The notes below the pieces were generated by a model. That model was given only the letters and a program-made list of their open reading frames with translations, ran no database searches and was not told the DNA's origin. 64,000 nucleotides of DNA from a candidate division FCPU426 bacterium (GTDB lineage: Bacteria > Oederibacteriota > PGYV01 > Palsa-1178): assembly GCA_963840035.1 (NCBI GenBank), contig CAWIXE010000001.1, positions 1,120,001-1,184,000 on the forward strand, written 5' to 3'. Position numbers and translations under genes: made by a program. Shown piece by piece: positions 58,267 to 64,000 of this stretch; position 1 is the first letter of the stretch; each line of letters begins with the position of its first letter.

Positions 58267-61200
58267 ATGGCTTTCAGCTATAACCTTAACATAAACGATG
58301 AAGAGACAAAAACCGCCATTAAAGACTTATATGGGGCGGAATCCACGGATGAGTTCTTCTCATCTGTTAAGTTCAATTCCCTTGAGTTCGCAGACAATGA
58401 AAGCGGCGAGATACTCGTAAAAATGGACGTTTTTAAGCCGTTTAACACAGCCCAGCTCGAGAAATTCGGGGCCTATATCCTCAAATCAGCCAATAAAACA
58501 CCTGTATTCCGTTTTAATTTCTCTAAAGATATGAAACCAGCGGCTATTATAAGCTCTTTCTGGCCCTTTTTTAAGGAACTGCCGGGCGTTGAAAAGACGT
58601 GGCTTGATTACGCTGTGGCTGAAGAAAAAGATGGCGCTGTAGTCGTTAAATGTTTTACGGACCTGGCTTACACAAAAATAACGGAAAAGAAAGCAATTCA
58701 GCAGTTAAAGAAGAAAATGGCGGAGTTTGGCGGCGGGCCCGTGGAAGTTGCCGTTGAAGTGGCTGAAAAGACCGAGGCCGATAAGAAGCCGGTAAATATT
58801 GTAAGGACCATGGAAGTCGCGAAACCCAAAGTCCCGCCCAGCAAGATACTTAAGGATGAGGAAATACCCGGAGAAAAAATAGCCCTTGAGAATATACTGG
58901 GTAAGGGCAAGTATGTCATAGAAGGCAGGGTCTTTGTCGCGGATGAAAAGAAGTACTGGCGTGACATGCAGGGCAGGGAAGGCAATAACGCGAAAATAAT
59001 ATTTTTTTATATGACAGATGAAAAGGAAACCATAAAACTTTCATGCTGGCTTGATGATGATGACGGATTATTTAACGCGATAAAGGACATAAAATATGCA
59101 AGGGTCCTTATTGAGGCGGATTATTACCCCAATGAGATGGAGATAACCGGCAGGGTCAAGAAAATGCAGCTGACAAAAGAGCCGGTTATGGCTGATACGG
59201 CACCGGAAAAAAGGGTGGAACTCCACGCCCACACGCAGATGAGCGCCATGGACGCGCTTATGAGCGTGAAGCAGTACTTAAGGACAGCCGCGGCCTGGGG
59301 GCACCCGGCAGCCGCCATAACAGACCATGGAGTCGTGCACTCATACCCGGAAGCGTATCAGATAGTAAACGACAGGAAATCACCCCTCGCGCTGAAGCTG
59401 ATACTCGGCATGGAAGGCTATCTTATGGAACAGAACATTAAGATAGACAGGGAGGATAAGGATGGGGAAAAATTCACGGAAAAACCTTTTCATATGGTAC
59501 TGCTGGTAAAAAACAGCGCGGGCCTGCGCAATCTCTACAGGCTGGTATCGCTTTCGCACCTGGAGCATTTTTATAAGAAACCTAACATTCCCCGTGAACT
59601 TCTGATGAATAACAGGGAAGGGCTGCTCGTCGGGTCCGCGTGTTATTTGGGAGAGGTTTACCAGGCTATACTTAACAGGAAAACCCCGGAGGAAATAAAA
59701 CAGATAGCTTCGTTCTATGATTACCTTGAGATACAGCCAAATGAAAATAATAAGTTCTTAATCAGGTCGGGCAGGGTGGATTCAGAGGACAGCTTAAACG
59801 CCATAAACATGCAGATATGCGCCCTCGGCGCCGAACTGGGCAAGCCTGTGGTCGCCACCGGCGATGTGCATTTTTTAAAACATGACGATAAGATCTACAG
59901 GGAAGTAATAATGTCGGGCCAGGGATATGATGATATCGGAGATACGGGTACCGCGGACTTATCCTTCAGGACCACGGATAACATGCTAAAAGAATTCATG
60001 TACCTTGGTTCGGAAAAGGCCCATGAGGTCGTGGTGAAGAACACCAGGTTAATCGCGGACATGATAGAGGCAAACATCAGGCCTGTGCCCAAGGATTTAA
60101 ACCCGCCAACCATAGATAACTCGGACGATGAGATAAGGGACGCTTCATGGAACAGGGCCGCTGAGATATACGGAATAAACCTTCCTGAGATAGTCAGGGA
60201 GCGGGTGGACAGGGAATTAAACGCCATCATAGGAAACAAGTATTCGGTACTTTACCTGATCGCTAAAAAAATGGTGGAAAAATCCAACAGCGACGGTTAC
60301 ATCGTAGGGTCCAGAGGCTCGGTTGGGTCTTCAATGGTGGCGTTCCTTTGCGGCATATCAGAAGTAAACCCCATGCAGGCGCACTATGTGTGCCCCAAGT
60401 GCCAGCACAGTGAGTTTGTCCATACCGACCTGGTAGGCGTGGATCTGCCGGAAAAGGCCTGCCCCGTGTGCGATGAAAAGACCGTTAGGGACGGTTTTAA
60501 CATTCCTTTTGAGACATTCATGGGGTTCAAAGGCGAAAAAGTGCCTGATATAGACCTTAACTTTTCCGGGGAATACCAGGAAAAGATACATAAATTCATA
60601 GTCGAGCTTTTCGGTTCGGACAAGGTCTTCCGCGCCGGCACAATAGGCACCATACAGGAAAAGACCATAAAAAAGGAATACATACCCAAGTATGAGGAAA
60701 AGACCAAAAGAAAGCTAAAGGAAGCGGACAAGGAACGCGTGGCCAAGGGGTGCGCCGGGGTAAAAAGGTCCACAGGCCAGCACGCGGGCGGCATGATGCT
60801 TGTGCCTAAGGCAAAGGACATATACGATTTTACGCCGGTCCAGAACCCGCCTAATGATTTTCAGACAATTACAACGCATTTTGATTATGAATACATACAC
60901 GACGCGCTGGTAAAAATTGACGCGCTCGGACATGACCTTCCGACAAGCTTAAAAAGGATATGTGAAGAGTTAAAAATTAACGTAAATGACATACCCTTAG
61001 ACGACAAGGACACCATGAAGCTCTTTTCCGGGGTGTCGGTGCTGAAGGTGGACCCGAAGAATTATACGCCGCCCATAGGCACGCTTGGAGTGCCTGAGTA
61101 CGGCACCAGGTTTACCAGGGAAATGCTCGCTATGACAAAGCCAAAAACATTCAGCGAGCTTGTATATGTGTCGGGGCTCTCCCACGGCACTGATGTGTGG

Positions 61201-61980
61201 CGCGGCAATGCCGAGGACCTCATAAAGAATAAGACCGCCACGTTAAAGGAAGTCATATCCGTCAGGGACGACATCATGACCTTTCTCATAGGAAAAGGCA
61301 TTGCCAAGGACGTCTCTTTCCAGATAACCGAGAGCGTCAGGAAGGGCAAAGGCCTGACCCCTGAATGGGAAGACATCATGAAAAAACACAAGGTGCCCGA
61401 GTGGTACATAGCGTCGTGCAAAAAAATACAGTACATGTTCCCGAAGGCGCACGCGGCCGCCTATGCCATAATGGCATTCAGGATAGCCTACATGAAAGTG
61501 CACCAGCCCCTCTATTTCTATTCTGATTATTTTAACAGGGACAAAGAGGGTTTTGAATATGATTTCGCCTTCATGGACATGAAAAAACTCGGCCACGCCA
61601 AGCGCGAGCTTGAGATGAAGATGCGCGAGAAAAAGGATAAAAGGCAGAACGCCAAAAAGGAAGAGGACCAGATAGGGGTGGTGGAGGTCATACTGGAAAT
61701 GAAGGAACGCGGTTTTGACTTCCTTAACGTGGATATTTATACGTCCGACCCGTTCTTGTTTACGGTTGACTCGGGTAAAATAAGGCTGCCGCTGACGATC
61801 ATCCCGTCGCTGGGCGGCGTGGTGGCTGAAGCCATAGCAAAAGAGCGGGTTAAGGATAAATTCAAGTCCATAGAGGATATTATCAAAAGGACGAGGATAA
61901 ATAAAAACGTTGCTGAATTCCTGAAGCTAAACGACATATCAGGATCGCTGCCGAACTCGGATCAGACAGAGCTTTTTTAA
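58267..61980 (+). CDS. polC: DNA polymerase III alpha, PolC type, lacking the exonuclease insert
   Basis: OB region precedes PHP; KRVELHAHTQMSAMD, VGSRGSVGSS, Zn finger C-x2-C..C-x2-C, KVPDIDLNFSGEYQ, TGQH.GG, SGLSHGTDVW, YMFPKAHAAAY. Confidence 0.96.
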   Translation: MAFSYNLNINDEETKTAIKDLYGAESTDEFFSSVKFNSLEFADNESGEILVKMDVFKPFNTAQLEKFGAYILKSANKTPVFRFNFSKDMKPAAIISSFWPFFKELPGVEKTWLDYAVAEEKDGAVVVKCFTDLAYTKITEKKAIQQLKKKMAEFGGGPVEVAVEVAEKTEADKKPVNIVRTMEVAKPKVPPSKILKDEEIPGEKIALENILGKGKYVIEGRVFVADEKKYWRDMQGREGNNAKIIFFYMTDEKETIKLSCWLDDDDGLFNAIKDIKYARVLIEADYYPNEMEITGRVKKMQLTKEPVMADTAPEKRVELHAHTQMSAMDALMSVKQYLRTAAAWGHPAAAITDHGVVHSYPEAYQIVNDRKSPLALKLILGMEGYLMEQNIKIDREDKDGEKFTEKPFHMVLLVKNSAGLRNLYRLVSLSHLEHFYKKPNIPRELLMNNREGLLVGSACYLGEVYQAILNRKTPEEIKQIASFYDYLEIQPNENNKFLIRSGRVDSEDSLNAINMQICALGAELGKPVVATGDVHFLKHDDKIYREVIMSGQGYDDIGDTGTADLSFRTTDNMLKEFMYLGSEKAHEVVVKNTRLIADMIEANIRPVPKDLNPPTIDNSDDEIRDASWNRAAEIYGINLPEIVRERVDRELNAIIGNKYSVLYLIAKKMVEKSNSDGYIVGSRGSVGSSMVAFLCGISEVNPMQAHYVCPKCQHSEFVHTDLVGVDLPEKACPVCDEKTVRDGFNIPFETFMGFKGEKVPDIDLNFSGEYQEKIHKFIVELFGSDKVFRAGTIGTIQEKTIKKEYIPKYEEKTKRKLKEADKERVAKGCAGVKRSTGQHAGGMMLVPKAKDIYDFTPVQNPPNDFQTITTHFDYEYIHDALVKIDALGHDLPTSLKRICEELKINVNDIPLDDKDTMKLFSGVSVLKVDPKNYTPPIGTLGVPEYGTRFTREMLAMTKPKTFSELVYVSGLSHGTDVWRGNAEDLIKNKTATLKEVISVRDDIMTFLIGKGIAKDVSFQITESVRKGKGLTPEWEDIMKKHKVPEWYIASCKKIQYMFPKAHAAAYAIMAFRIAYMKVHQPLYFYSDYFNRDKEGFEYDFAFMDMKKLGHAKRELEMKMREKKDKRQNAKKEEDQIGVVEVILEMKERGFDFLNVDIYTSDPFLFTVDSGKIRLPLTIIPSLGGVVAEAIAKERVKDKFKSIEDIIKRTRINKNVAEFLKLNDISGSLPNSDQTELF

Positions 61981-61992
61981 GGGCAATTAATT

Positions 61993-62114
61993 AAGGCAAT
62001 TACTAATTACCAATTACTAAGTTACCAATAAAGGTGCGTGATCGCGTTTTATTATAATAATGCGTGAAAACACTCCTTGATTCGTAATTAGTCATTATAA
62101 ATTAGTAATTGCCT
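61993..62114. repeat. Inverted pair with 7-bp periodicity
   Basis: aaggcaattactaattaccaattactaagttacc ... attagtcattataaattagtaattgcctt. Confidence 0.6.
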
Positions 62115-62184
62115 TTTATATTTTAATCACTATAATAATAACGGGATAAAATACGCGGGGATACCGCGATAAACGCAGGCGGAA

Positions 62185-64000
62185 ATGACAAAAATATCAA
62201 AAACTGTACTGGCTTTTATACTGCTGGGGCTGATTTTATTGGCCTCACTTGACGCCATATTCAGGGAAGTGATTTCTTATAAGCTGATAATTGTATATCT
62301 GATTCTTTTATGCCTGGCGCCTTATGCCGTGAATGACGCTAAGGTTGAAAAAAAGGATGTTTTACCGTCGTTATTCCTGGTTTTTTCCCTTATAGCGGTT
62401 TCCGCCGGGCAGTATATTATGTCTTTCCATTCCTTTATATGGCTCTGGCTCGGGATAACTTTCATGGCTGCCGGCCTGGTTTTCGCGGCATTTAGGCCTG
62501 AGGCAGGGGAGGCAACAGGCGGGGAAGTAAAATTAAGCAGGGCAGCCGAGTTTATGATTTTTTCAGGGATTATGCTGCTGGCTTTCGGCTTAAGGTTCTA
62601 TGACCTGGCAGGCCTGCCGGCTGGAGTCTGGTATGACGAGGCGCAGAACGGAAATGAAGCCTTAAATATAATTGAAGGCAGGCTTCCCGGGATATGGATA
62701 GCAAGGCTCACCGACATGCCGGCCATGTTTTTCTACATGGCGGCCGCCTTTATGAAGGCTTTTGGCGAGGACGCTGTTTCCATGAGGTATATTTCCGCCT
62801 TAACCGGGTCTTTAAGCGTGGCCGCGTTTTACTTCCTTCTCCGGGCGTTTTTGAAGGATAAACCCCTGGCCTTGGCCGGAGCGCTTTTGCTGTGCCTAAC
62901 GCGCTGGCACATAACATTTTCCAGGGTGGCTTTCCTGGGCATGCCCACGCTCATGCTGGAGGTACTGACATTATATTTTTATGTAAAGATAAAAGACGGC
63001 AGGAAACCGTTTTACGCAATCGCGGCCGGGGCAGTAATGGGGCTGAATTTTTACTCCTTCAGCGCGGCATATTTTGTCCCTTTAATTATAGCTGTTCATG
63101 CCCTGATAATATCGCTCACAGGATCCGATAAAAAGGAAAAGATTCCGCTTATCCGTATTTTCTGCCTTTTTGCAACAGCGTTAGCGGTATCTCTGCCGCT
63201 GCTGGCTTTCGCCGCGGTCAACCCGGCAATCTTTACCAAGAGGATAAATGACATAAATATCCTTAAAGACATTAAGAACGCGGGCGGACTTGAACCGCTT
63301 TATAAAGCCATAAGCACGCACCTGCTGATGTTTAATTTTGAAGGGGATTATAACGGCAGGCATAACCTTTACAAAAAACCCATGCTTGACGCGGTTTCCG
63401 GGGCGCTTTTTGCCTTTGGACTGTTCTCCGGAATGTTCAGGAGAAGGAATATTCTGTTAACAATTTGGTTATTTGTTACTCTTGCGGCGGGGATGTCCGC
63501 CATAAGCGTGGAAGCGCCTCAGGCATACAGGATACTGGGGCTTGTCCCGGCGGTATGCGCGTTCATGGTAATAGGGTTAAGGGAAATACGCGCCGTACTT
63601 GTCATGTTCAATAAAAAACAGGCATATTTTTTCCTGCTGGCCGGTGTAATAATAATCTCGGCGGGTTTTATTAATGTTAAGCAGTATTTTATTGAATATC
63701 CAAAGGAAGCTTCCACATTTTCCTCGTTCTCCCCGGAGGCAAACGCGATTGCTGAAGTTTTGATAAAAAAAAGCCCTGAATATTACGGCTTAATATCAGT
63801 GGCAAAAGAAATCTACGGGTTTTATCCCTGGGAACAGAAAGTGGTATGCGAATTTTTAACGAGGAAAAAGGCGTCATTTGGATACATTAACGGTGAAGTA
63901 AAGGTTTTTAATGGCCAGCTTGAAGGGCGCAAAGGGGTAATGCTGATAGTCAGGCCATCCGACGTAAGCGAGATAAAACGGATAGAAGCGCTGTACCCGC
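62185..64000 (+). CDS. GT-C fold glycosyltransferase (GT39/ArnT/PMT-like), 3'-truncated
   Basis: Absent from the ORF track because it has no stop in the window. MTKISKTVLAF.., LRFYDL..PAGVWYDEAQN, WHITFSRVAF, many TM segments. Confidence 0.85.
   Translation, partial: MTKISKTVLAFILLGLILLASLDAIFREVISYKLIIVYLILLCLAPYAVNDAKVEKKDVLPSLFLVFSLIAVSAGQYIMSFHSFIWLWLGITFMAAGLVFAAFRPEAGEATGGEVKLSRAAEFMIFSGIMLLAFGLRFYDLAGLPAGVWYDEAQNGNEALNIIEGRLPGIWIARLTDMPAMFFYMAAAFMKAFGEDAVSMRYISALTGSLSVAAFYFLLRAFLKDKPLALAGALLLCLTRWHITFSRVAFLGMPTLMLEVLTLYFYVKIKDGRKPFYAIAAGAVMGLNFYSFSAAYFVPLIIAVHALIISLTGSDKKEKIPLIRIFCLFATALAVSLPLLAFAAVNPAIFTKRINDINILKDIKNAGGLEPLYKAISTHLLMFNFEGDYNGRHNLYKKPMLDAVSGALFAFGLFSGMFRRRNILLTIWLFVTLAAGMSAISVEAPQAYRILGLVPAVCAFMVIGLREIRAVLVMFNKKQAYFFLLAGVIIISAGFINVKQYFIEYPKEASTFSSFSPEANAIAEVLIKKSPEYYGLISVAKEIYGFYPWEQKVVCEFLTRKKASFGYINGEVKVFNGQLEGRKGVMLIVRPSDVSEIKRIEALYP

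Overview
Bacterial chromosomal window, mostly on the + strand. I saw no rRNA, tRNA, CRISPR array or intact transposase/integrase. In order: a PAS histidine kinase / receiver / hybrid kinase trio; pepA; a surface-protein region with three large secreted proteins ending in FlgD/T9SS-type C-terminal domains (one is a 3,993-aa giant with kilobases of TQTA/TETA repeats), two PorV-like barrels, a PilT-TPR fusion, hicBA, merR and comFB; GTP-type PEP carboxykinase and bioY; rpoN; an ~9 kb array of orphan Rhs toxin/immunity modules bounded by a 25-bp inverted repeat and sitting between rpoN and hpf; hpf-ptsN-hprK-yvcK-mannose-class PTS-ptsH-ptsI-galU; a TIGR03546/TIGR03545-like pair; a polC with no exonuclease insert; and a partial GT-C glycosyltransferase. 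Intergenic spaces carry several small palindromic or MITE-like elements. The mix of outer-membrane barrels with PolC, HprK and ComFB suggests an uncultured diderm lineage (Goldbacteria-like is my unverified guess). All family calls come from motif recognition by eye, not database searches.
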